NCBI GenBank assembly: GCA_029571225.1 | Contig: JAKPTF010000035.1 | Coordinates: forward strand, 145,925 to 209,924 | DNA length: 64,000 nt | Origin: Candidatus Omnitrophota bacterium | GTDB lineage: Bacteria; Omnitrophota; Gorgyraeia; Gygaellales; Profunditerraquicolaceae | Reading direction: 5' to 3' | Part shown: positions 43,799-52,544 of the stretch, piece by piece | Numbering within the stretch: the first letter of the stretch is position 1 | Layout: the number at the start of each line of letters is the position of its first letter | Position numbers and translations under genes: made by a program | Notes under the pieces: model-generated | What the model saw: only the letters and a program-made list of their open reading frames with translations | Databases searched by the model: none | What the model was told of the DNA's origin: nothing

Positions 43799-46324
43799 AT
43801 GATCAACAAATCCACTCTCACAGTCGCCGCATTCATCGCAGCAATCCTTGTTATGCCGCGTTTTGCTTTTGCCGAAGGCGAAGCAGCTGCCTTAGGCCAG
43901 GCAGTCGATCTGACCGGCGGGTCCCTTCCCGAGGAAATACGGAATTTCACCGGCGTCGGTTCAGGCGCGTCTTCGTGGGATTATTTGAGCCAGAAGATAT
44001 CCTACGGCTATTATGTCGAAGTGTATTCGCATTTCGACGCCCTTGCCAAGTCAAAGGTCGACAGGCGCAACGGCATCGAGGACCTGGTCGTCGCTTCGTA
44101 CGGCACGGACGCCAAGGCGAACCTCGCCATTGCAGACGTCAAATTCAATCAGGATTACGCCCAGCACGTCATGGCAACGGAATTTGCCCAGCGCTCGGGC
44201 CGCGGAACCCAGATCGCCAACACCTACACCCTCAACACCTACCTGCCCCATTCTGACGGCAGCGTCGAATATTTCAAGGACGGATTGCTGGCGCGCGTTG
44301 ACAATCAGCGCTCAGTGGACGAATTCGGAAATGTCTCAATAAAAAATCTCTATAATTTTGAATATGACCTGGACCGCCGCCTCATGCTTAAACACGAATA
44401 TGACACCACTGACAGCCGCGGCCTGAAAACACACGGCACGTTCACCTGTTCCTATACGGCGGATTCGGTGTTCTATGGCAGCGATGAGACCAACGCGAAC
44501 AAGCATTATGCCTCTTATACGGTCACGGAGACCGACTCCACCGGCAGGGTCATAACCACGACATGGACCGCAGGCGTCTATGAGGGCAAATACCTGCGCG
44601 ATTTCACGCAGACGAATTTCGATTCAAAAGAAGGCACCAGCACATTCAAGCGCTTTAATATCCAGTATTCGGCTCCCGGCCAGATCAGCTCATATGACGA
44701 GACCGGCGTCGGCAACCACATCGAAGGCGAGGACGGGACGAACGTACCCTTCACCTACACCTTGAGCCGCACAAACATCACCTATTATGGCGGGCAGGTC
44801 GCAGGATACGACGAAGTCCGCTACGACATGCCTGCGAACATGGAAGAAGCTGATTTTGACGCCGATCTGAGCAAATGGGTCAAGACCACCACCCATGTCA
44901 CCATGGAATACCTGGACGTTCCTTCCCAGTTCGGCGAGGATGTCGATCCTGACGCGCCGCGCCTGAAGAAAACAACCATCGTTTCGCACACAGAAAAACC
45001 CGACGGCTCTTATGACGACAGCACGGCCGTGACCGAATATACCTATGACAACACATATACCCTCACCGGCGGCACCATCCACACCGAGATGTCCGGACGC
45101 GGTTCAGAAACTATCGAATATACCTTTACGGACAAAGACGGGACGACCCACATCCTGACGCGCACCGAGAAAGACGGTGTCGTGAAATTCACATACACGG
45201 ATGAGGACGGCAATGAAGTCGAGGTTGCCGAAGCGGACGTGGTTACCGAAATCAAGCCGGCGGCGGATTACAGCGGATACACGGACACGGTGCTTGAGAT
45301 CGTGAGCGGCACGCCGATGGCCAAAACGACGACGTCCCACACCGAGTTCAGAGGCATTGCGGACGACCCGGAGAACGGCACTAAGGCCGGGGATATCATA
45401 CGGGTCGAGGATTCGACCGTCACCTTTACCAACAGCGTGGTCGGGTATTTCCCGCGCGTCATTTCTTCAACCGAGGTCACGACTACCGGCTTCCCTGTGA
45501 CCGACCCGGACAACGAGCACCAGTCAAAGAAAAGCATCACTACCACCTTTACCTATGACGCGAACGGCTTTTTAACCGGTGCGTCAGGCGAAGGATATGA
45601 GGAATCGTGGTCATATTCATCGGAACAAGGCTGGAACACCCATATATACGCCAAATACACAGTCGCATATCAGGTTAAGCTTGATAAAGCGCTCAATATA
45701 GCCACATACGTGCAGTGGGTCCCGGTCCCCAGCGCCGCTGAGTTAACAGAGCTGGGCATTACCGAAGAACAGTTCAAGGCGTATATGAGAGGATATTTCA
45801 AACTGCATCCGCCGGAACCCAAAGGCGACGCCACGACATTCGAGATGGACAACCCGTTCATCATCGACGGCAAATACGAGATTCCGAGCGATTTTGACGA
45901 GGTCGTCGCGATCGGCGAGTCGGACGAACCGGTCGCGCCTGCCGCTGACCCGTTCGCGGGCTATGACGAGCAGTCGTTGATGAAACAGGTATGGGGGCTT
46001 TACGACGCCAAGGACTACGCACGCACCGTCGATTTCGCCAATGAGGTCATCAAACGCTACGCCGAAACCGCGCAGGAGCAGCAGGCCTCATTAAAGGATT
46101 TCGCTCCGAAGGGCTCGGAATCGAAATACTGGGCGCTCAATGACGTGGCAATAGCGTATTACCTTAAAGGCAAGGTTTTGCTTGCGCAGGGCAAGACCGA
46201 TCAGGCAAAGAAACAGTTCCAGGCGGTCCTGAACAAATACAGCTTCGGGCAGTGCTGGGACCCGCAGGGATGGTTCTGGAAAGTTTCAGTTGCGGCAAAG
46301 GAAGAACTTGATAAAATAGGCTAA
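43799..46324 (+). CDS. Secreted repeat protein, 841 aa, with the shared C-terminal TPR-like domain
   Basis: GGAGG SD and signal peptide MINKSTLTVAAFIAAILVMPRFAFA. Thr/Tyr/Asp-rich YD-like repeats. The C-terminus reads ...QQASLKDFAPKGSESKYWALNDVAIAYYLKGKV...FGQCWDPQGWFWKV. Confidence 0.65.
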   Translation: MINKSTLTVAAFIAAILVMPRFAFAEGEAAALGQAVDLTGGSLPEEIRNFTGVGSGASSWDYLSQKISYGYYVEVYSHFDALAKSKVDRRNGIEDLVVASYGTDAKANLAIADVKFNQDYAQHVMATEFAQRSGRGTQIANTYTLNTYLPHSDGSVEYFKDGLLARVDNQRSVDEFGNVSIKNLYNFEYDLDRRLMLKHEYDTTDSRGLKTHGTFTCSYTADSVFYGSDETNANKHYASYTVTETDSTGRVITTTWTAGVYEGKYLRDFTQTNFDSKEGTSTFKRFNIQYSAPGQISSYDETGVGNHIEGEDGTNVPFTYTLSRTNITYYGGQVAGYDEVRYDMPANMEEADFDADLSKWVKTTTHVTMEYLDVPSQFGEDVDPDAPRLKKTTIVSHTEKPDGSYDDSTAVTEYTYDNTYTLTGGTIHTEMSGRGSETIEYTFTDKDGTTHILTRTEKDGVVKFTYTDEDGNEVEVAEADVVTEIKPAADYSGYTDTVLEIVSGTPMAKTTTSHTEFRGIADDPENGTKAGDIIRVEDSTVTFTNSVVGYFPRVISSTEVTTTGFPVTDPDNEHQSKKSITTTFTYDANGFLTGASGEGYEESWSYSSEQGWNTHIYAKYTVAYQVKLDKALNIATYVQWVPVPSAAELTELGITEEQFKAYMRGYFKLHPPEPKGDATTFEMDNPFIIDGKYEIPSDFDEVVAIGESDEPVAPAADPFAGYDEQSLMKQVWGLYDAKDYARTVDFANEVIKRYAETAQEQQASLKDFAPKGSESKYWALNDVAIAYYLKGKVLLAQGKTDQAKKQFQAVLNKYSFGQCWDPQGWFWKVSVAAKEELDKIG

Positions 46325-46351
46325 AAAGGGGAAATCTCTAAGGAGGGAATC

Positions 46352-47563
46352 ATGGTCGCAGGTATGGGGTCAGTTAAGAAAAGTATGATTCTGGCGGCGG
46401 CGATAGCGCTTCTGCTTGCGCCTGTCCGCTCGTTCGCGGAGGATTCTTCGACAACCGTTACGCACGACACGAAGATCATCAGCGGCACTCGCACGATCAC
46501 CAATACGTATAATGCGTTCGGCTCGCTGATGTCAAGCACCGAGATCTCCGATCAGGTCGTCAAAACGACCAGCACGGTAACAAAGGACGGCAAGGAAACC
46601 AAGACAACGAGCTATACGGAACAACACACCATCGTGACAAGCGAATGGATCGGCGGCGGTTTAAAGACCACGCAGGTGGAAGGATATTCGGTCACCGGCG
46701 GCGACCCAACAAAAGGCACGCCCGGCAAGGAAAATCCCGCATCCGATGAATCCTGGTCCAGGACTGATTTCAAGAATGTTTATCAATATGACGCCAACGG
46801 CCGGCTCTGCGGGGTAACGGGCGGCATAGAGATCACCGACGACAACGGCAACAAGATGCTGGTCAATTCAGTGACCACGGGCAGCAGAGGCAAAGACGCT
46901 GAAGGCAAGGCCCTGGGCACATTTACCGCGTATTCGATAGACACCTATGAGATCAGGAACGGCCAGGCGTTGAAGGTCAAAACCGAAAGCGTTCAGATCA
47001 CCAACGGTTTTGGCGACAATAAGGATGGCGTATCGAAAACAGAAACAACCACCACATATGATTATAAGCTGATGGGCGGGACCTGGGTCTTGAACAGCAT
47101 GTATGAAACGACGGACACGATCACCACGTCCGGAGACGCAAAAGGGTCTACGAGCCATCAGGAAAAAGAGACCATTTACCACCGCAATGAGGACGGAACG
47201 CTGGTAACGACCAAGACAGGCGGCAGCTATGACGCGATCGAGGTCATCATGCACGAATATACGGATGTGGTCAAGGGTAACGGAGGATCAACCACATGGG
47301 TCCTGAAAGACTATTCGTATACCGTTTCTCTTGACGAACAGCAGGGATACTACATCTCATCCGACACGATCTCCCAGAAGATCGACGACAATGCGGCCAG
47401 CGGCTACAGCAAGCACACGACTTCCAAGATCATCCAGGATGTGCTTGAGGATGAGGATGCGGAAGAAATAAGCAGGGCGATCAAAGCCGCGCAGGCGAAG
47501 TTTGCCGCACACCTCTCAAGCGTCATTACAGCAGCGGCAACGGCAACGAACATTACCTGGTAA
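46352..47563 (+). CDS. Secreted Thr-rich beta-repeat protein, 403 aa
   Basis: AAGGAGGG SD. Hydrophobic leader ...MILAAAIALLLAPVRSFA. No domain recognised. Confidence 0.55.
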   Translation: MVAGMGSVKKSMILAAAIALLLAPVRSFAEDSSTTVTHDTKIISGTRTITNTYNAFGSLMSSTEISDQVVKTTSTVTKDGKETKTTSYTEQHTIVTSEWIGGGLKTTQVEGYSVTGGDPTKGTPGKENPASDESWSRTDFKNVYQYDANGRLCGVTGGIEITDDNGNKMLVNSVTTGSRGKDAEGKALGTFTAYSIDTYEIRNGQALKVKTESVQITNGFGDNKDGVSKTETTTTYDYKLMGGTWVLNSMYETTDTITTSGDAKGSTSHQEKETIYHRNEDGTLVTTKTGGSYDAIEVIMHEYTDVVKGNGGSTTWVLKDYSYTVSLDEQQGYYISSDTISQKIDDNAASGYSKHTTSKIIQDVLEDEDAEEISRAIKAAQAKFAAHLSSVITAAATATNITW

Positions 47564-47581
47564 AAAAGCATATACACATCC

Positions 47582-47613
47582 GGGCCTCCTGATAGACAGG
47601 AGGCCCTTTTTTT
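47582..47613 (+). terminator. Intrinsic terminator ending the secreted-protein operon
   Basis: GGGCCTCCT 47582-47590 pairs with AGGAGGCCC 47598-47606, followed by TTTTTTT 47607-47613. Confidence 0.8.
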
Positions 47614-47634
47614 GCCCGCAGGGCATTGATTGTA

Positions 47635-47663
47635 TTGACTCTTGAGGGCTGATTTGATATAAT
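47635..47663 (+). promoter_or_regulatory. Near-consensus sigma70 promoter, apparently giving a leaderless or near-leaderless mRNA
   Basis: TTGACT 47635-47640, a 17-nt spacer, TATAAT 47658-47663. The ATG at 47673 is only 9 nt after the -10 element. Confidence 0.6.
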
Positions 47664-47672
47664 CTTAACCAA

Positions 47673-48458
47673 ATGAGAGAAAAAAAGTTACGGGCTATTT
47701 TTGTTCTTATGCCTGCCGTTTCTGTTTTTCTGGCAGGGGCCCCTCTTTTATTCGGCCAGGACCGGGCAGGCTCGGCATCCGTCACCGAAATAACCGTGGC
47801 CGGCCGCCTTTACCTTGATAAGCTCGGAACGGAAGAATTGCTCGTGCTGCACGGCACGGATAAAAAGGCTTACCTGGTCAGCGGCGCGCTAAGCATTCAG
47901 CTTGCCGCGATCGCCCGCCAGAAAAAAGACGCTCATATCGTCGAGCTCTCCGGACTGCTTGACCCGGCTCAGACCATACGGAACTGCGACAGCCGCAATG
48001 ACCTGGCATATAACGACAAAGGCGAGCAGGTCGTCAACCGGACATCGACGTGCATCCGTTATTTCCATTTTGAGCCTCGGACGATCGTCTCGTGCGTTGA
48101 TTCCGCCGCGGCGCTCCCGGAACTTGAGCATGACACGCTGGCCGAAATGCACACGAGATCGGCCCCTCCGGTCGGGGACCTGAAACCAGCCATCATCGGC
48201 GAGATATACGGCACGATCAGGCAGGTCAATCTGCGCTCGCCCTTAAAGACCGTCGAGATCAGAAACAGCGACACGAAAAGCACGTTGAAATCGGTTACGG
48301 TCGTGATCACGGCAAAAACGCGCATTGCCCGCGCGGTCAAGGGAAAAGAACCAGTGCCGATGATGCCGGAGAACCTTAAAGCCGGCCAGCAGGTCGTTGT
48401 CATGTACGACCGCAACGAGATCCGGGCAGAAGCGCTTTCTATTGCAGTCACAAAATGA
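47673..48458 (+). CDS. Hypothetical exported protein, 261 aa, first gene of the RND cluster
   Basis: Track ORF with N-terminal MREKKLRAIFVLMPAVSVFLAGAPLLFG. No recognised domain. Confidence 0.5.
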   Translation: MREKKLRAIFVLMPAVSVFLAGAPLLFGQDRAGSASVTEITVAGRLYLDKLGTEELLVLHGTDKKAYLVSGALSIQLAAIARQKKDAHIVELSGLLDPAQTIRNCDSRNDLAYNDKGEQVVNRTSTCIRYFHFEPRTIVSCVDSAAALPELEHDTLAEMHTRSAPPVGDLKPAIIGEIYGTIRQVNLRSPLKTVEIRNSDTKSTLKSVTVVITAKTRIARAVKGKEPVPMMPENLKAGQQVVVMYDRNEIRAEALSIAVTK

Positions 48459-48477
48459 CAGCAGGTCATCATAATAC

Positions 48478-51400
48478 ATGAGCGTAGCGAGTTTATCGGT
48501 TAACCGCCCGGTCACGGTCCTGATGCTGTTTCTCGGGGTCATCCTCCTGGGCCTGATCTCCTGGACAAAACTGCCGCAGGAACTCTTCCCTTCCATCACC
48601 TATCCGCAGATCACCGTCGTCACTTCATACGAGAACGCCGCTCCTGAAGAAATCGAGTCGCTCATCACCAAGATCGTGGAAGAAGCGGTCGGCACGGTCA
48701 ATAACGTCAAGCGCATTTCTTCCATATCCAAGGAAGGGTCGTCCCTGGTCATGGTTGAGTTCAACTGGGGCACGAACATGGACTTTGCAGCGCTCAACGT
48801 CAGGGAAAAAATAGACCTCATTAAGGAACGTCTGCCGCGAGAGGCAAAAGACCCGATTGTCATGAAATACAATCCCTTTGACCTGCCGGTCGCCAACCTC
48901 GCCGTCACCGGCCCCATGACGCCCCTGGACCTGCGGGAGATGTGCCGCAAATACGTCAAGGACGCCATAGAGAAGGTCGAGGGCGTCGCATCCGCCACCA
49001 TCACCGGCGGCGAGGAACGCGAGATCCTCGTGGAAATCGACCAGCCGCGGCTGCGCGCGTCCCAGATATCCATCGTTTCGATCGTGGAAAGCCTTAAATC
49101 CGCCAATCTGAACTACCCGGCAGGCACCATCAAGGAAGCGTTTTATGAGTACCTCATCCGCACCATGGGCGAATACCAGACGATTGCCGAGATCAAGGAT
49201 ACGCCGGCAGCGCTCGATATCCCCGAGGAAAAAGCCAAAACGCTCAAAGAAAAGGAAAAAGAAGAAGCCAAGGGCAGGCGCCTGGTATATCTGAAGGATA
49301 TCGCCACGGTCAAGGATACGGTAAAGGAAAAAACGAGCATCTCGCGCTACATGGGCGCGGATAACGTATCACTGGTAATACGCAAGCAATCCGGCACCAA
49401 CACGCTTAATGTCGTCAACGGCATCAAACGCGAGATAAAAACGCTGCTCGCCACCAAGCTGCCAAAAGGCGTTAAGATCCAGATGACCTACGATCAGTCG
49501 GTCTTTATAAAAGAAGCCATCGGCAATGTCCGCAATGCGGGCGCGCAGGGAGCGATCCTCGCCTTTATCGTGCTCTTTCTGTTCCTCTGGGAGTTAAAAG
49601 CCGCACTGATCATCACCGCGGCGATCCCGCTGTGCATCACCGCGACCGCGGTGCTCATGTATTTCTCCGGCATCAACCTCAATATGATGTCGCTCGGAGG
49701 TTTGGCTTTGGGCGTCGGCATGGTCATCGACAATGCCAATATCGTCATTGAGAACATCTTCCGCTACCGCTTTCAGGTAAAGGCGGGATTCAGGGAATCC
49801 ATCGTGAAAGGCACGGGCGAGATGACCTCGGCCATCATCGGCTCGACTTTAACCAACATCGCGGTCTTTTTGCCGTTCGTATTCGTCGTCGGCATTGCCG
49901 GCCAGATATTCAAACAGTTGTCTTTCACCATCTCTTTCTCTCTCCTGGCCTCCATCATCGTCGCGATTTCGCTTGTGCCGGTCCTGACCCTGATCTGCGG
50001 AGAGTCGAAACGGGACGAGCGCATCAGCAGGAAGGTCGAAGCGGTTACCGAGGAATTGACGGGAAAATTCCAGGCGTGGTTCACCGGCCTCATGCAGCAG
50101 AAATTGATGATCGTTGGCGTGGTCGGCGTACTGTTCGCTTTGAGCCTGATCACCCTGTTCTCCTTGAACAGGGAGTTCATGCCCCGGGTAGACCAGCGGC
50201 AGTTTATCATCAAGGTGGACCTGGCGCCCGGCACGCGCCTTGAGATCACGGATAAAGTGGCGCGGAAACTGGAACGGGCGATCCTTGCTTTGCCGGAGAT
50301 CAAGGACTGCACGGTGAATATCGGCTCCAGCGAAGAAAAGGATTCGCCTGAAAAAAGCGCGCTCCAGACCATGGGCAGCCACCAGGCTCAGATCCTGGTC
50401 AACCTGCAGAAGAAGAACGTCCGCTTCAGGCGTTCCACGGATGCGGTCATCCAATATCTCAAGTCGTCTTTGGAGAACCAAAACCTGGAAGACGCGGAGC
50501 TTGAATACATTGCCCAGGAAACATCGCTGGGTTCCGCCATCGAGCAGGGCGCGCCGATCGTCGTCGAGATCAAGGGACCGGACCTGAACAAGCTCATGGG
50601 ATACGCAAGCCTGCTTCAGAACCAGCTCAAGGCAGTCCCCGGCATCTATGGCGTCAAGATGACCATGGCAAAGCCAAGTCCCGAAACAAAACTCAATATA
50701 CGTAAGGACAAGGCATCCCTTTACGGCCTGTCGGTGCGTGATATCGCAGTCACGACCCAGGTCGCGCTTAAAGGGTATGTCGCGACCAAGTACAAGGAAA
50801 AGAACGTCGAGGAGGACGTGGATATCCGCGTGCGGCTACGGCCTCAGGACCGAAGCGATTTCGGCAAACTCCAGCGGCTCCTTATCCATTCTCCGACGGG
50901 AGTCGATGTGGCCATGTCGGATCTCGCATATCTGGCAAAGGGCCAGGGCCCGACCGAGATCAAGCGCATAGACCAGCAGCGCAGTGTCATCGTTACGGCG
51001 AACATCTTCAACCGCAATTTCGCCGATGTTGCGCGCGATATCAACAGCCGGATCGCCGAGCTTAAAAAAAGCCATATCAACCCGGCATACACCTTAGACC
51101 TCGCGGGCGAACAGCAGAAAATGCGGGAATCCTTCGCCAGCCTTGCCTTTGCGCTCATCATGGCGATATTGCTCGTTTATATGATCATGGCTGCGGAATT
51201 CGAATCGCTCTGGCAGCCGCTGTTGATCATGTTCACCGTGCCCCTCTCTCTTATCGGCGTCGCGTTCACTCTTCTGATCACCGGCACGTCCTTGAACGTG
51301 GTCGCGTATCTGGGCATCATCATGCTCGGCGGCATCGCGGTCAATAACGGCATTGTCTTGATCGAGTTCATCAATGCCTTGCGCAAACAAGGGTACTCTG

Positions 51401-52542
51401 CCGAAGCAGCGGTCATTGAAGCCAGCAGGACCCGCTTGCGGCCGATCCTCATGACTTCAGGAACGACGATCCTGGGCCTTGTGCCATTGGCTCTGGGCAT
51501 TGGAGAAGGCGCAGAACTCCAGGCGCCGCTTGCGCTTACAGTTCTTGGAGGGTTGGTTTCAGCAACCTTCCTGACGCTCGTATTCATCCCTGCCCTCTAT
51601 GTCCTGGTCGAAAACCAGCTTTCTGCGATACCGTTTTTCCGAAAGACCGACCGGCTTGCGCAGGGGCCCGAAGAGGAAACTGCTCTGCTTGCTGCCGGGC
51701 AACAGCCGTCATCTCCATCTCCTGAACCGCGGCCGGCAGCTACCGATGATTCTGCCGTACAGATAGAAAATATGAGGCGGGCGCTTGAGGAAAAAGAAAC
51801 GGCTTATCAGGAATTGCAGCGGCAGATCCAGAGCCAGCAGGCCGGAATGGCCACGCAATCGAGCGAAAAAGAAAAACAGCTCGAGGACCTGAAGCGGCAA
51901 CTGGAGGAAAAGGAGCTCGCGCTTGCCGGATTACGGCGCGACGCGCAATCAGCCCGGGAACAGGCAAATGCTGCCGCACAGGCGGGCGCGCTTTCAGCCG
52001 AGAAAGAAAAAGAATTTGAAGAAAAACTGCGCCATTATCAGGAAGAGGAAAAGCGCCTCAAGACGCTGGCCGAAGAGCTCGAGTCCCGGCAGAAGGATTA
52101 TCAGAACGCGTCGATCGAAAAAGAACGACAGATTGAGGATATGCGCAAACAGTTGTCAAGCAAGGAAAGCGCCCTCAGCGAATTAGAGCAGCAGATCGAT
52201 AGGCAAAAACGCAACCTTGAAATATTGCTCCAGCAAAAGAACGACGAGCTTGCGGCGCTCGAGCAAAAGGCAGCGCAGCCTGAAAAACCTTCGACGCACG
52301 AGGAGCATGTTCAGCAGGGCGCTCCTCAACCGCAGGACGGACCGTCGGAGTTAAACCCGCGCCAGATCAAACTGCTTGAAAAATTCCAGACGGTAGAGCG
52401 TATCACTCGCAAAGAATACGCGGACATGCTTTCGATATCCATTCCGACCGCGGCGCGCGATCTCAAAGAACTGGTTGACAAGAAGATCATTGTCGCCAGA
52501 GGGCCGCTCGGCCCGGGCCGCTGGTACGAATTGAACAAATAA
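48478..52542 (+). CDS. RND (AcrB-family) transporter with a ~320-aa C-terminal coiled-coil + winged-HTH extension, 1,354 aa
   Basis: The N-terminus MSVASLSVNRPVTVLMLFLGVILLGLISWTKLPQELFPSITYPQITV is typical of ACR_tran, with 12-TM architecture to about residue 1030. It is followed by an E/Q/K-rich heptad region. The end reads ITRKEYADMLSISIPTAARDLKELVDKKIIVARGPLGPGRWYEL. Confidence 0.8.
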   Translation: MSVASLSVNRPVTVLMLFLGVILLGLISWTKLPQELFPSITYPQITVVTSYENAAPEEIESLITKIVEEAVGTVNNVKRISSISKEGSSLVMVEFNWGTNMDFAALNVREKIDLIKERLPREAKDPIVMKYNPFDLPVANLAVTGPMTPLDLREMCRKYVKDAIEKVEGVASATITGGEEREILVEIDQPRLRASQISIVSIVESLKSANLNYPAGTIKEAFYEYLIRTMGEYQTIAEIKDTPAALDIPEEKAKTLKEKEKEEAKGRRLVYLKDIATVKDTVKEKTSISRYMGADNVSLVIRKQSGTNTLNVVNGIKREIKTLLATKLPKGVKIQMTYDQSVFIKEAIGNVRNAGAQGAILAFIVLFLFLWELKAALIITAAIPLCITATAVLMYFSGINLNMMSLGGLALGVGMVIDNANIVIENIFRYRFQVKAGFRESIVKGTGEMTSAIIGSTLTNIAVFLPFVFVVGIAGQIFKQLSFTISFSLLASIIVAISLVPVLTLICGESKRDERISRKVEAVTEELTGKFQAWFTGLMQQKLMIVGVVGVLFALSLITLFSLNREFMPRVDQRQFIIKVDLAPGTRLEITDKVARKLERAILALPEIKDCTVNIGSSEEKDSPEKSALQTMGSHQAQILVNLQKKNVRFRRSTDAVIQYLKSSLENQNLEDAELEYIAQETSLGSAIEQGAPIVVEIKGPDLNKLMGYASLLQNQLKAVPGIYGVKMTMAKPSPETKLNIRKDKASLYGLSVRDIAVTTQVALKGYVATKYKEKNVEEDVDIRVRLRPQDRSDFGKLQRLLIHSPTGVDVAMSDLAYLAKGQGPTEIKRIDQQRSVIVTANIFNRNFADVARDINSRIAELKKSHINPAYTLDLAGEQQKMRESFASLAFALIMAILLVYMIMAAEFESLWQPLLIMFTVPLSLIGVAFTLLITGTSLNVVAYLGIIMLGGIAVNNGIVLIEFINALRKQGYSAEAAVIEASRTRLRPILMTSGTTILGLVPLALGIGEGAELQAPLALTVLGGLVSATFLTLVFIPALYVLVENQLSAIPFFRKTDRLAQGPEEETALLAAGQQPSSPSPEPRPAATDDSAVQIENMRRALEEKETAYQELQRQIQSQQAGMATQSSEKEKQLEDLKRQLEEKELALAGLRRDAQSAREQANAAAQAGALSAEKEKEFEEKLRHYQEEEKRLKTLAEELESRQKDYQNASIEKERQIEDMRKQLSSKESALSELEQQIDRQKRNLEILLQQKNDELAALEQKAAQPEKPSTHEEHVQQGAPQPQDGPSELNPRQIKLLEKFQTVERITRKEYADMLSISIPTAARDLKELVDKKIIVARGPLGPGRWYELNK

Positions 52543-52544
52543 TC

